From an uncultured SAR86 cluster bacterium (lineage in GTDB: Bacteria; Pseudomonadota; Gammaproteobacteria; Magnimaribacterales; AG-339-G14), in NCBI GenBank assembly GCA_902625415.1, contig CACOBG010000002.1:21783-85782 (forward strand): 64,000 bases of DNA. The letters run 5' to 3'. A model generated the notes under the pieces. The model ran no database searches, was not told the origin of the DNA, and saw only the letters and a program-made list of their open reading frames with translations. Of the stretch, positions 29,969 through 40,473 are shown one piece after another. A program made the translations under genes and the position numbers. Positions within the stretch are counted from its first letter, which is position 1. Each line of letters starts with the position of its first letter.

Positions 29969-31312
29969 ATGAAAATATATGTTTTAGGTATTTGCGGAAC
30001 TTTTATGGGAGGACTTGCACAGTTGGCAGCAGAAAAAGGCATTAAAGTTTCTGGCTGTGACGAGAATGTATATCCTCCTATGGACCAAGTCTTACTTTCA
30101 AATGGCATAACGATTGACGAAGGATACAATCCAAAAAATTTACCCAAAGATGTTGATTTGGTTGTTGTGGGAAATGTTATAGCGCGTGGTAACCCCATGA
30201 TCGAAGAAATACTTAATAAAGGTATAGACTTCATTTCTGGCCCAGAGTTTTTATCAAAATACTTATTAGCCAAGAGACATGTGATAGCCATAAGCGGAAC
30301 TCATGGCAAAACCTCTGTATCCTCAATGGTTACAAAAGTACTTCTGGATAGTGGAGTAGATTGTGGTTACTTAATTGCTGGACGAGCGAAAGATTTAAAT
30401 GCAACTGCTTCATTGGGAACTCATGAGTTTTTTGTCATAGAGGCTGACGAGTATGACACTGCTTTTTTTGATAAAAGATCTAAATTTATTCACTATCATC
30501 CTAAAACCCTTCTAATCAACAATCTTGAGTTTGATCATGCAGATATTTTTAACAGCTTAAGTGATATTAAAAAGCAATTTCATCATCTATTGAGATTGAT
30601 GTCTTCCAAATCAACATTAATTTTTCCTGAGCATAACATCAATATTAAAAATGTCATGAAAATGGGTTTTTACAGTCAAAGCCTTCCTTTCAATACCAAA
30701 TTTTCCAAAGGCTGGCATGCCAAGAAAGTAACGGCAGATTCCTCTAAATTTGATATTTATAAAGATAAAAAGAAAAAAGCGTCAATAAGTTGGTCGTCTA
30801 TTGGCGAGCATAGTTTACAAAATGGATTAGCCAGTTATCTGGTTTGTAAATCCTTAGGCTTGAAATCAAAAGATATTGCAGAGTCACTCTCGAAGTTTAA
30901 TGGAGTAACGAGAAGAATGGATCTGGTTGGGGATAAAAGCAGCGTCAAAGTTTACGACGACTTCGCACACCATCCGACTGCTATTAAATATACTTTGGAG
31001 GGCCTAAGAAAAAAAGTTGGAAGCGAGAAGATAATTTGCCTTTTGGAAATGCGATCCAATACGATGCTTTCAGGATATCATGACAAAAAAATTCCAAAGG
31101 CTGTTGCTTCAGCCGATCAAGTCTTTATTTTTTCAAAAGATAAGAAGCAAATATCTGCTCTTGAGAGCGGAAGTAAAAATATCGAAGCATGTTCCACTAC
31201 GCAAGAATTTTTGAGAAAGCTTTCTAGCTTAGATTTAGACAATACCCACTTGATTTGCCTATCTAATGGTTCATTTGATGGTATCCATCAAGCCATTTTA
31301 GAGAGAATTTAG
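29969..31312 (+). CDS. mpl: Murein peptide ligase
   Basis: GICGTFMGGLA, SGTHGKT, EADEYDTAFFDKRSKF, DDFAHHPTAI; start set at MKIYV (29969). Confidence 0.95.
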   Translation: MKIYVLGICGTFMGGLAQLAAEKGIKVSGCDENVYPPMDQVLLSNGITIDEGYNPKNLPKDVDLVVVGNVIARGNPMIEEILNKGIDFISGPEFLSKYLLAKRHVIAISGTHGKTSVSSMVTKVLLDSGVDCGYLIAGRAKDLNATASLGTHEFFVIEADEYDTAFFDKRSKFIHYHPKTLLINNLEFDHADIFNSLSDIKKQFHHLLRLMSSKSTLIFPEHNINIKNVMKMGFYSQSLPFNTKFSKGWHAKKVTADSSKFDIYKDKKKKASISWSSIGEHSLQNGLASYLVCKSLGLKSKDIAESLSKFNGVTRRMDLVGDKSSVKVYDDFAHHPTAIKYTLEGLRKKVGSEKIICLLEMRSNTMLSGYHDKKIPKAVASADQVFIFSKDKKQISALESGSKNIEACSTTQEFLRKLSSLDLDNTHLICLSNGSFDGIHQAILERI

Positions 31313-32613
31313 TCTAAATTAATCCAACTACCGTGAAATCCAAAAGGCACTCTCTGAGGCAAGGTCACTCTGGCTAGAGGTGAATCTGAAAAATTCTGAG
31401 CATCCAAAATTACAAAATCGCTTGAATCAGTTGTTTTGTCATAAACAAATCCAACTACAAAACCGTCATCTTCTGATTTAGCACTTTCCTTGGGTATAAA
31501 AACTGGCTCAGCTGCCTGGCAACTTTCGCCAAAATCATGAGCGATAGATTCACTTCTTTCAAAATCATGTTTGAAATATTTGTTGAGTCTTCCATCATTT
31601 AGCAAGTAGCCAAACCGATGTTGTTTGCCATCGTAATCTGGATGCACTCTGGAAAATTCCATAGGCCTATCGTCCAGCATTTCTTCGGAACATGTTTTAG
31701 TTTTTGGATCTAGAATCCACCTTGTAAGAAAAGGTTTTTGCCCCATGGGAAGAGGATTGTCAAAATCAAACAGTCTTTCGTATCGACAAAAGTCTAAGAC
31801 AACTTGACCATTTTCATCTTCATACGAATTTACTATGTGAAATAAAAACCCTGGATTAACCTCTATCCAGATAATTTCATCGGTTTTTTTACTTTGTAAT
31901 CCTACTCTGGAAGTATGTTTGTCATTCCAGACCACTGGATAATCTCCACCAATGGGATTATTTTCTTCGTCTCTTCTACCAAGATTAAATGTTACGGGCA
32001 GATCAAAAATAAGAACATAATTTTTGGTGATAGCACAATCGTGCACCATTGGTCTGCTTGGTGTTTCAATGATTTGATCTTTGATGAGTTTGCCGCGACT
32101 ATCTATAGTTACATAATGAACTTGTCCTAATCCATTTACGTATTCTCCAAAATCGTAACTCACGGCATGCATTTCACCAGTTTCTGAATCAATCTTTGGA
32201 TGGGCAGTAAATCTTTTATTATCTGCTGCTGGAAAAGGCTCTTCTTTAAGAAAATTCATCTCAGAGTCCATAATAACTGGAGATACTCCTCCCTCGACTA
32301 AGGCATAAATTTTTTCACCGTGTTTAAGCACATGAGTATTGGGACCAAAACCAAAAGGCGAGGTCACAAATTTATTCTTATACCAAAGAGCCTTCCCATC
32401 TTCTACTCTTATGCCATGAATCATACCGTCACCAAAAAAAGGATGATAATTTTCATGATTTATAGGCTCTTTTGGATTGGGTCCATTTCTGAGAAATAGC
32501 CCTGATAGTTCCCTGGGTAATTCACCTGTAATTTTTAATTCAGTTGTAGATGTTTCCTCTACCGGATACCAGTTTCCAGATAAAAATTTATTTTTACTTT
32601 CTCTTTTAATCAT
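31309..32613 (-). CDS. Carotenoid cleavage oxygenase (RPE65/ACO/lignostilbene dioxygenase family)
   Basis: GLFLRNGPNP, FGDGMIH, four Fe-binding His (TAHPK, MVHDC, LFHIV, FGFHG), MEFSR, AAEPVF. Confidence 0.9.
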   Translation of the reverse strand: MIKRESKNKFLSGNWYPVEETSTTELKITGELPRELSGLFLRNGPNPKEPINHENYHPFFGDGMIHGIRVEDGKALWYKNKFVTSPFGFGPNTHVLKHGEKIYALVEGGVSPVIMDSEMNFLKEEPFPAADNKRFTAHPKIDSETGEMHAVSYDFGEYVNGLGQVHYVTIDSRGKLIKDQIIETPSRPMVHDCAITKNYVLIFDLPVTFNLGRRDEENNPIGGDYPVVWNDKHTSRVGLQSKKTDEIIWIEVNPGFLFHIVNSYEDENGQVVLDFCRYERLFDFDNPLPMGQKPFLTRWILDPKTKTCSEEMLDDRPMEFSRVHPDYDGKQHRFGYLLNDGRLNKYFKHDFERSESIAHDFGESCQAAEPVFIPKESAKSEDDGFVVGFVYDKTTDSSDFVILDAQNFSDSPLARVTLPQRVPFGFHGSWINLD

Positions 32614-33205
32614 TTTTTTTATCCTCTCTTAAGTTCATTGGATCTTTATATACGGTATAAATTGTTATGACAAGAATGAACCCAATTAAGACATAATTAA
32701 AATATTCTATGAATGCAACGCCTAAAAAGTACCCACTTAAGACATACAAAGAAGTCCATATTGGTGCAGACAAAATAGTCACAGGAAAAAAAACTCTTTT
32801 ATTCATTCCCAAAGAACCTGCTGTAAAGGGTACCACGCATCTTAAAGGGCCAAAAAACCTTCCCAAAGCAACGCTTAAAATCCCATATTTCTCCATAAAC
32901 TTTTGAGCCTGTTTTATATAACCATGATAATTATCTGGTACCCAATCATAGAGTTTGTTTCCAACCAATATGCCTAAGCCATAGCTGACAGAATCTCCAG
33001 TAACCATTCCCATAGTTGCGTAAAAAGTTATCTCAAAAGGACTAATTCCGACTGTTGCCGCAAGCGCTCCAACACCAGGAACAATTAACGTAGCTGGCGT
33101 AAACAAACCCGCAATGAAAAGGGATTCAACAAAAATCAGCGCGAAAATTGTCCAATTCACCCAATCAGGATTTGTCTCTAAAAAAGAAAGGATAGAATCG
33201 AACAT
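32606..33205 (-). CDS. dedA: DedA-family membrane protein
   Basis: FVES....P, GDSVSY.LG, GRFFGPLR. Confidence 0.88.
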   Translation of the reverse strand: MFDSILSFLETNPDWVNWTIFALIFVESLFIAGLFTPATLIVPGVGALAATVGISPFEITFYATMGMVTGDSVSYGLGILVGNKLYDWVPDNYHGYIKQAQKFMEKYGILSVALGRFFGPLRCVVPFTAGSLGMNKRVFFPVTILSAPIWTSLYVLSGYFLGVAFIEYFNYVLIGFILVITIYTVYKDPMNLREDKKND

Positions 33206-33240
33206 AGGCAGATAATTAAATTATTGCAATAATACAGTAC

Positions 33241-34503
33241 ATGAGTGCAAAAACATCCCTTTCAGAGTTAGATTTAATCTGCAAACAAGCTCAAGAAGCA
33301 AAGATTGATTTAAGGAGATCTTCGAAAGCAAAAAAAAATGACGCGCTAAAATATGCAGCAGAGTTTTTGTTGAAGAATAAAGCAAAGCTTATAGATGCCA
33401 ATACCATAGATATGGAATTGGCCAGTCAAAAAGACTTGCAAGATTCATTTGTTGATCGACTTGAGCTGAATGAGAAAAGAATAGATTCAATGATTTCTGG
33501 ATTAGATAAAGTCATAAATTTAGATGATCCAGTAGGTCAAACAGATCAACCCCACACCTCGCCATCTGGTTTCGAAGTATCAAAAATGCGTGTTCCTCTG
33601 GGCGTGATAGGGATAATTTATGAATCTCGTCCAAACGTTACAGCGGACGCATCTGCATTGTGCTTGAAGTCTGGTAATGCATGTATCTTAAGAGGAGGAT
33701 CCGAAGCAGCAAATTCTAATGCTGTAATTGAGGAGTGCATGCAAGACGGTTTGGATAAAGCATCATTGCCAAAATACTCTATTCAGCTTATTAAAAATCA
33801 AGATAGAAAGCTTGTAGGTGAAATGATTAAGCGGGAAGGGGATATTGATTTATTAATCCCTAGGGGGGGAAAAAGTTTAATAAAAGTTGTTTCTGATGAA
33901 GCCAAAATTCCTGTGCTCAAACACTATGAAGGTTTATGTCATGTATTCATCGATAAAGATGCTGATTTAAAAAAAGCCATAGAAATATCTGTAAACGCAA
34001 AAACATATCGTTACGGAATCTGCGGTACGATGGAGACTTTGTTAACTTCAGAAGAAGTAGCAGCAAAAGTTTTACCAGAGATCAAAGCCGAATTAGATAA
34101 GTTGGGTGTAGAACTTAGAGGCTGTGAAAAAACAAAAAAAATTATCGATGTTAAATCTGCTTCAGATGCAGATTGGATTACGGAGTATCTTGCCCCAATT
34201 CTTTCTGTGAAAGTCGTTACAGATCTTCAATCAGCAATCTCCCACATAAATATGTATGGCTCTGGCCACACCGACTCAATAGTTTCTGAGAATTTGACGG
34301 CGGTAGAAACTTTTTTCAATGAAGTAGACTCTTCTTCGGTTATGCATAATCTTCCTACTTGTTATGCAGATGGATTTGAGTATGGACTTGGAGCAGAAGT
34401 GGGAATATCCACAGATAAGTTGCATGCCAGAGGGCCTGTTGGATTGGAAGGTTTAACAAGTCAGAAATTTGTAATTAAAGGTCAAGGACAACTTAGATCT
34501 TAA
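33241..34503 (+). CDS. proA: Gamma-glutamyl phosphate reductase
   Basis: PLGVIGIIYESRPNVT, LRGGSEA, catalytic Cys region GICGTMET, GAEVGIST.KLHARGPVGL. Confidence 0.95.
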   Translation: MSAKTSLSELDLICKQAQEAKIDLRRSSKAKKNDALKYAAEFLLKNKAKLIDANTIDMELASQKDLQDSFVDRLELNEKRIDSMISGLDKVINLDDPVGQTDQPHTSPSGFEVSKMRVPLGVIGIIYESRPNVTADASALCLKSGNACILRGGSEAANSNAVIEECMQDGLDKASLPKYSIQLIKNQDRKLVGEMIKREGDIDLLIPRGGKSLIKVVSDEAKIPVLKHYEGLCHVFIDKDADLKKAIEISVNAKTYRYGICGTMETLLTSEEVAAKVLPEIKAELDKLGVELRGCEKTKKIIDVKSASDADWITEYLAPILSVKVVTDLQSAISHINMYGSGHTDSIVSENLTAVETFFNEVDSSSVMHNLPTCYADGFEYGLGAEVGISTDKLHARGPVGLEGLTSQKFVIKGQGQLRS

Positions 34504-34506
34504 TTG

Positions 34507-35133
34507 ATGATAAAAAGATTGGGTATCTTTGGCGGAGCGTTTGATCCAGTTCATAAAGGTCACACGCAATCTCTAAAATATATCACCGATCTTAAAATTA
34601 TTGACGAAATCCAAGTTATTCCAAACTATGCATCGCCGCATAATAAGGAAATTCAAACTGACGAGAAGCATCGTTTAAAAATGCTGGAAATCGGCTTTAA
34701 AGAGATAAAAAATATTAAGCTAAATGATATTGAATTAAAAAATAAAACCAAATCCTATACTTACGAAACGCTTAAACACTTGAAAGAGATTTATCCTGAA
34801 CAACATCTATCACTAATTATAGGCTTGGATTCTTTACATAGCTTTACGACTTGGAAAAATTGGGAAAACATTTTGTCTTTGTGTTCTCTTTTAGTCTTGG
34901 AAAGAAAATTGAATGATAGTTTGGGGCTTAACAAGGAGTTAGAAAGTAAAATATCAACTAATTATGATGATTTTTTTTCTGATCACGGAAAAATCCTAAT
35001 TTTAAAAAACGACTTGATAAACATATCCTCAACAGACGTAAGACATAAAATCAAGAACAATGAAAACCTAACAGACTTGGTTGATGATCAAGTATTGGAA
35101 TACATCTCAAAAAAATCTCTCTATAAAATTTAA
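34507..35133 (+). CDS. nadD: Nicotinate-nucleotide adenylyltransferase
   Basis: GGAFDPVHKGH, IIGLDS, ISSTDVR. Confidence 0.92.
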   Translation: MIKRLGIFGGAFDPVHKGHTQSLKYITDLKIIDEIQVIPNYASPHNKEIQTDEKHRLKMLEIGFKEIKNIKLNDIELKNKTKSYTYETLKHLKEIYPEQHLSLIIGLDSLHSFTTWKNWENILSLCSLLVLERKLNDSLGLNKELESKISTNYDDFFSDHGKILILKNDLINISSTDVRHKIKNNENLTDLVDDQVLEYISKKSLYKI

Positions 35134-35460
35134 ATGCCTAAAAAATCAAAAAAAATTATTCAAAATAGTTTAGAGGAGATAAAAGCACAAAATACAATAT
35201 TTTTAGATCTATCAAAATTAAACAGTTTTACAGACTTTTTAGTCATAACATCAGGGACTTCTTCCCGTCACATGTCGGCTATAAAAGATAAATTATTAGA
35301 AGACTTGAAAAATAATAAGATATCTATCAGTGGGGTTGAGGGCCAAAATTCTAGTGAATGGATCCTATTGGATTTGGGAGACTTTGTAATAAACATTATG
35401 TCTAAGGACTCAAGAGCATTGTATGATTTGGAAAGTCTTTGGGATCCAGCTTTGAATTGA
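35134..35460 (+). CDS. rsfS: Ribosome silencing factor
   Basis: VITSGTSSRH, WILLDLGD, YDLESLW. Confidence 0.92.
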   Translation: MPKKSKKIIQNSLEEIKAQNTIFLDLSKLNSFTDFLVITSGTSSRHMSAIKDKLLEDLKNNKISISGVEGQNSSEWILLDLGDFVINIMSKDSRALYDLESLWDPALN

Positions 35461-35461
35461 A

Positions 35462-37288
35462 ATGAATAATTTTTCTAGAGAAAGATTCAAAACAGGAGAA
35501 GAATATTCTAGGGCTTTATTTTTTTTATCACCTTTTATTCTTCTCTTTTCAATATCACTTTTTCAAGTTTTAAACTTAACTTTATTTCAGGGAGATAAAT
35601 ATCAAACAATAGCTGAGTCAAATAGGATTTATCAAAAACCCATTAGTCCTGTAAGAGGCTTCATCTATGATAGAAATGGGACTTTATTAGCAGAGAATAT
35701 TGTCCAGCGAGATCTTTACGTCACTCCAGCCTACATTGAAGATTCTGCTGAAACCATTTTAAAGTTGTCTAATTTATTAGATGTGCCTTATGAACTTTTG
35801 GACGAAAGCTTCTCAAGGGGTGTAAAAAAAGTAAAGAAATTTGATTCCTTTCCTTTGGTGAAAGCTCTTAATGAAGAACAGATTGCTAAAGCCAAAGTAA
35901 ACCTAGATTCAATTTCAGGTATCGAAGTAAAAGCTACACTTAAAAGGTATGTTCTCCATGAGGAGACCTTGGCTCATGTGTTAGGTTACGTCGGAGATAT
36001 ATCGTCCGAAGATATCAGAAGAGACAAACTATTAGCTGAACTACAAAATATTCAAATTGGAAAAACAGGTATTGAAAAAGAGTTTGACTACGTTTTAAGA
36101 GGTAACCCTGGTATTCAAACCCAAGAAAGAGATGTTAAAGGAAAATTGGTAAGGATTTTAGATACTCAAGGAGCAGAAGACGGTAAAGATATTTACTTAA
36201 CTATTGATCAAAAATTACAAGACCATCTCTTTAAGCTTTTTGAAAACAGAAGAGGTGCGCTAGTAGCCTTAGAGCCAAAAACCGGCTTGGTTAGAGCTTT
36301 GATTAGCTCTCCCTCATTCAATCCAAATATATTAAATTCAATTGTGGATACTGATGAGGTAGAAAGTTTATTTTCAAATAAAGAAAGCCCAATTTTTAAT
36401 AGAGCTATTTCTGGGCAATATCCTCCTGCATCAACTTTGAAGCCTTTTGTAGGTCTTGCTGCAATAGAAAACGAAGTAATCAGTTGGGATAAAAAAATTA
36501 AGGACGATGGTGAATTTTATGTCGAGGGAGATCCGAGGCCTTATCGGGGCTGGAAAGAGAATGGACATGGCAGAGTAGATATGAGGAAAGCGATTGCAGA
36601 ATCCTCTGATGTTTATTTTTACAACATCGCTTTTGATTTAACTTTAGCGGGGATAAGGCCAATGCTCGACAGTTTTGGATTTGGTAAAAAAACAGGCCTT
36701 ACTGACTTTGAGGCCAATGGTCTTCTTCCCGATAAAAAATGGAAGTTAGGTTACAAAGGAGATTTTTGGTTCAAAGGCGACACAATAAATTTAGGAATAG
36801 GGCAAGGTTATATTTTAGCCACACCTCTTCAATTAGCTATGGCTTATTCAGGTCTAGCAAACAAAGGAGTAATTTATCACCCTCAATTTATACAGCCGGA
36901 AGACGAAAAATCTTTTGAACCAAAAAAAATAGCTGAAATTCAACTTTCTGATAACAAAGCTTGGGAAAAAATGGAACAAGCTCTAGTTGACGTGATTTCT
37001 GCGAGAAATGGAACAGCTCATAAAGTTTTTGATGCCAATTCAGTCGTTATTGCAGGTAAAACAGGTACTGCACAAATCAAAAGTATTCTTCCGGGTAAAG
37101 AATACGATGCAATTCGTGAAAATCCTGCATTACGAGATCACGCTCTTTTCGTTGGCTATGGGCCAGTAGAAGATCCAAAACTAGTTGTAGCGGTAATCAT
37201 AGAAAACGGTGAATCAGGTAGCGAAGTTGCTGCCCCAATTGTTAAATCTGCAATAAATTTTTACACAGGAGGATTTGATGCAGAATAA
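35462..37288 (+). CDS. mrdA: Penicillin-binding protein 2
   Basis: RGFIYDRNG, PASTLK (SxxK), ESSDVYFY, GKTGT. Confidence 0.94.
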   Translation: MNNFSRERFKTGEEYSRALFFLSPFILLFSISLFQVLNLTLFQGDKYQTIAESNRIYQKPISPVRGFIYDRNGTLLAENIVQRDLYVTPAYIEDSAETILKLSNLLDVPYELLDESFSRGVKKVKKFDSFPLVKALNEEQIAKAKVNLDSISGIEVKATLKRYVLHEETLAHVLGYVGDISSEDIRRDKLLAELQNIQIGKTGIEKEFDYVLRGNPGIQTQERDVKGKLVRILDTQGAEDGKDIYLTIDQKLQDHLFKLFENRRGALVALEPKTGLVRALISSPSFNPNILNSIVDTDEVESLFSNKESPIFNRAISGQYPPASTLKPFVGLAAIENEVISWDKKIKDDGEFYVEGDPRPYRGWKENGHGRVDMRKAIAESSDVYFYNIAFDLTLAGIRPMLDSFGFGKKTGLTDFEANGLLPDKKWKLGYKGDFWFKGDTINLGIGQGYILATPLQLAMAYSGLANKGVIYHPQFIQPEDEKSFEPKKIAEIQLSDNKAWEKMEQALVDVISARNGTAHKVFDANSVVIAGKTGTAQIKSILPGKEYDAIRENPALRDHALFVGYGPVEDPKLVVAVIIENGESGSEVAAPIVKSAINFYTGGFDAE

Positions 37289-38378
37289 GCCGTTAAGTTT
37301 TTCAGTAGATATCAGATTGAATCAAAGAAGAAATTTATTAAATTTTGATTATTCTATTGTTCTAACGGTTTTTCTTTTGGGTCTTTTTGGGTTGGCGATG
37401 ATTTATAGCGCCAGTGGATCCTTCACTTTGGTTTTAAGGCAAGCAATGTACTTTTTTCTTGGTGTAATTCTGATGATTACAGCAGCAATGTCTAATTTTA
37501 GAAAAATGGAACCTATTTATTTGAATGCAGTCTGGATAGGCTTCTTTTTTTTGGTTTTAGTTTTAATTTTGCCTAATTCTGGAACCACCAATCGATGGAT
37601 AAATTTGGGTTTCATTGGATTTCAACCTTCTGAGCTAATGAGGTTTTTATTACCTATTTCTGCAGCAGCATATTTAACACGAAATCCACAGATAAAATTA
37701 TCCGACTGGATAATTGTTCTAGTTACGACATTGGTAGCTTTTATTTTAGTTTTCCTCCAGCCAGATTTTGGCACCTCAGCGATAGTTTTGCTCTCCGGAA
37801 TAATGCCAATAATTTTATCTGGCCTACCTTGGAGATTTATTATTTATAGTTTTTTAGGAGGTATTGGAACTCTTCCTTTCTTATGGATGAGCTTGATGGA
37901 TTATCAAAAAGAGAGAATATATACCTTTATTAGTCCTCAAGCTGATGCTTTAGGTTCTGGATGGAATATTGCTCAATCAAAGATTGCCATCGGATCTGGG
38001 CAATTTTTTGGAAAGGGCTATATGGAAGGAAGTCAAAGCCAACTGGATTTTATCCCCGAAAGCCATACCGATTTTATTTTTGCAGTAATTGTTGAGGAGT
38101 TTGGATTTTTAGGTGCTCTTGGACTTTTTCTTCTTTATGCTTTTTTAATTCATCGTCTCTTATACGTTGCTAAAAGCAGTAATTCCAAATTTGCAAAATT
38201 GGTTTCAGCCACGCTTTCAATTATTTTAGCTGCCTACATAACATTAAATATTTCAATGGTAGTTGGTATCTTTCCTGTAGTAGGAATGCCTTTGCCATTC
38301 ATAAGCCAAGGTGGAACAGCATTAGTGGTTAATATGATTACTATCGGTATAATTTTATCTTTAAGGAGAACGACTTGA
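37275..38378 (+). CDS. rodA: Rod-shape SEDS glycosyltransferase
   Basis: RW..GF.GFQPSE, QPDFGT, QSKIAIGSG, PESHTDFIF, PLPFISQGG. Confidence 0.93.
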   Translation: MMQNKPLSFSVDIRLNQRRNLLNFDYSIVLTVFLLGLFGLAMIYSASGSFTLVLRQAMYFFLGVILMITAAMSNFRKMEPIYLNAVWIGFFFLVLVLILPNSGTTNRWINLGFIGFQPSELMRFLLPISAAAYLTRNPQIKLSDWIIVLVTTLVAFILVFLQPDFGTSAIVLLSGIMPIILSGLPWRFIIYSFLGGIGTLPFLWMSLMDYQKERIYTFISPQADALGSGWNIAQSKIAIGSGQFFGKGYMEGSQSQLDFIPESHTDFIFAVIVEEFGFLGALGLFLLYAFLIHRLLYVAKSSNSKFAKLVSATLSIILAAYITLNISMVVGIFPVVGMPLPFISQGGTALVVNMITIGIILSLRRTT

Positions 38379-39325
38379 AAAAAATAAGTTTGCTTTTGCT
38401 TTTAGTTTTTTTTGTGCCTCTAATCCATATGGATTATTCAAAAAGCTATGAAACATTGTCTTTCATAGATGAAATGGTTTCCAAACATAAATTTGAAAAA
38501 TCTTATTTGGTAGAAATTTTCAAAAGTGCTGAAAAAAGAGAAAAAATAATCAATTCTATGAATAGACCCGCAGAAAAGAAATTTTCTTGGGTTCAATACA
38601 AATCCAGATTAATTTCGCCTATAAGAATAAACAATGGAGTAAGTTTTCTGCAGAGATTTTTACCTGAGTTTGAAAAAGCAGAAAAAGAATTTGGAGTTCC
38701 TAAAGAAATTATTGCAGCAATCATCGGGATTGAATCCAGTTATGGTTCTATTACTGGCAGGGAAAGAGTAATAGATTCGTTGTCGACTCTTGCCTTTGAT
38801 TATCCGAGACGAAGCAAATTTTTTACTAAACAATTAGAGCATTTTCTCCTTCTTTCTAGAGAAGAAAAACTTGATCCTTTGGTTATGAAAGGATCATATG
38901 CTGGAGCTATGGGCTATGGTCAATTTATTCCAAGCTCTTATCGATCCTATGCAATTGATTTTGATGGTGACGGAATAAGAAATATCGTAACAAACCCGAT
39001 TGATGCAATTGGCAGCGTTGCAAATTATTTGAGTAAGCATGGCTGGGAAAGAAATGCCACTATAGCAGAGGCTCTCACAAAAAATGATGTGAACTCAAAC
39101 TTCAAGACTTCGCTATCATTAAAAGAGCCAGATGCTCTTGAACTGGCATCTAAGATCAATTTACAAAATAAAAAATACTTGCAAATAAATTTTGAAGATA
39201 AAGAATTTTGGTTGGGCCATAAAAATTTATATGTCTTATCACGTTATAATAGAAGCTCTTTTTATGTGATGGCCGTTTTTCTTCTGAGCCAAGAAATTGA
39301 CTATGCGTATAGAGTAAAAATATGA
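38375..39325 (+). CDS. mltB: Lytic murein transglycosylase B
   Basis: IIGIESSYG (catalytic Glu), GSYAGAMGYGQFIPSSY, DFDGDG EF-hand; no lipobox Cys. Confidence 0.92.
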   Translation: MKKISLLLLLVFFVPLIHMDYSKSYETLSFIDEMVSKHKFEKSYLVEIFKSAEKREKIINSMNRPAEKKFSWVQYKSRLISPIRINNGVSFLQRFLPEFEKAEKEFGVPKEIIAAIIGIESSYGSITGRERVIDSLSTLAFDYPRRSKFFTKQLEHFLLLSREEKLDPLVMKGSYAGAMGYGQFIPSSYRSYAIDFDGDGIRNIVTNPIDAIGSVANYLSKHGWERNATIAEALTKNDVNSNFKTSLSLKEPDALELASKINLQNKKYLQINFEDKEFWLGHKNLYVLSRYNRSSFYVMAVFLLSQEIDYAYRVKI

Positions 39326-40473
39326 AAAAAATTTTCTTGATAAGTTTTATATTCTCTGCCGTAGCATTCTCACAAACTTTAATTCCCAAATTACCGCAAA
39401 TCACCGCCTCTAGTTTTTTACTTATTGATGCTGAAACAAATAAAATAATTGCTCAACAAAATCCAGAAGCTTCAACAGGGTTGGCAAGCATCACAAAAAT
39501 AATGACAAGTTACATAGTAGCTGACTATTTGAAGCAAGGATTTTTAAATATTAAAGACTCCACAATAGTAAGTGAAAAATGTTGGCGCATGGAAGGCTCG
39601 AGAATGTTCATTCAAGAAGGCAAAAAGGTTTTGATTGAAGATTTGATGCGCGGCATGATTATTCAATCTGGAAATGATGCAGCTTGTGCCTTGGCTGAAC
39701 ATATTGCAGGAACTCAAGAAGATTTTGCGAGTCTCATGAATGACTATGCCCAAAAAATGGAGTTAAAAAATACTAACTTTACCAATCCAACTGGCTTACC
39801 AAATGTTAATCACTATTCAACTGCTGAAGATATAGCAAAATTAAGTATAGTTTTAATAAACGACTTTCCTGATGAATATGCAATCTACAGCGAGAAAGAA
39901 TTTACTTACAACGATATAAGGCAGTTAAATAGAAATAGCTTACTCTGGCAAGATGACTCAATAGATGGTATCAAGACAGGTCATACTAGAGCTTCAGGAT
40001 ATTGCTTGGTTGCCTCGTCCAAAAGAGCAGATATGAGGCTAATTTCGATAGTTCTTAATAGTGCCTCCGAAAAATCGAGACTTCAAGATACTAGAAGATT
40101 ACTGGATTATGGTTTTAAGTATTATCAAACTAAAAAAATAATCGCCAAATACCAACCAATATCTATAGTTGATGTCTGGGGCGGAATTGAAGATAAATTG
40201 GAACTTGGTCCTGAGAGGGATATCTTCGTTACATTAACTAAACCTACTTTTGATAGGCTTACAATTGAGGCATCAAAAAATTTAGGTGTAAAAGCACCTG
40301 TAAGGAAGGATTCAGTTATAGATAGATTAGATATCAAAGTCGATGGAGAAACCATTCAATCGGTAGATTTGGTTGCGGTAAATAATGTACAAAGAAAAGG
40401 GATTGTCATCGCAACTTTAGAGTCTTTGATGTTTTACGTTTACAGTTTCTTCATGCAAGATGAAATAAATTAA
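39322..40473 (+). CDS. dacA: D-alanyl-D-alanine carboxypeptidase (PBP5/6)
   Basis: ASITKIM, SGN, GIKTGHT. Confidence 0.9.
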   Translation: MKKIFLISFIFSAVAFSQTLIPKLPQITASSFLLIDAETNKIIAQQNPEASTGLASITKIMTSYIVADYLKQGFLNIKDSTIVSEKCWRMEGSRMFIQEGKKVLIEDLMRGMIIQSGNDAACALAEHIAGTQEDFASLMNDYAQKMELKNTNFTNPTGLPNVNHYSTAEDIAKLSIVLINDFPDEYAIYSEKEFTYNDIRQLNRNSLLWQDDSIDGIKTGHTRASGYCLVASSKRADMRLISIVLNSASEKSRLQDTRRLLDYGFKYYQTKKIIAKYQPISIVDVWGGIEDKLELGPERDIFVTLTKPTFDRLTIEASKNLGVKAPVRKDSVIDRLDIKVDGETIQSVDLVAVNNVQRKGIVIATLESLMFYVYSFFMQDEIN

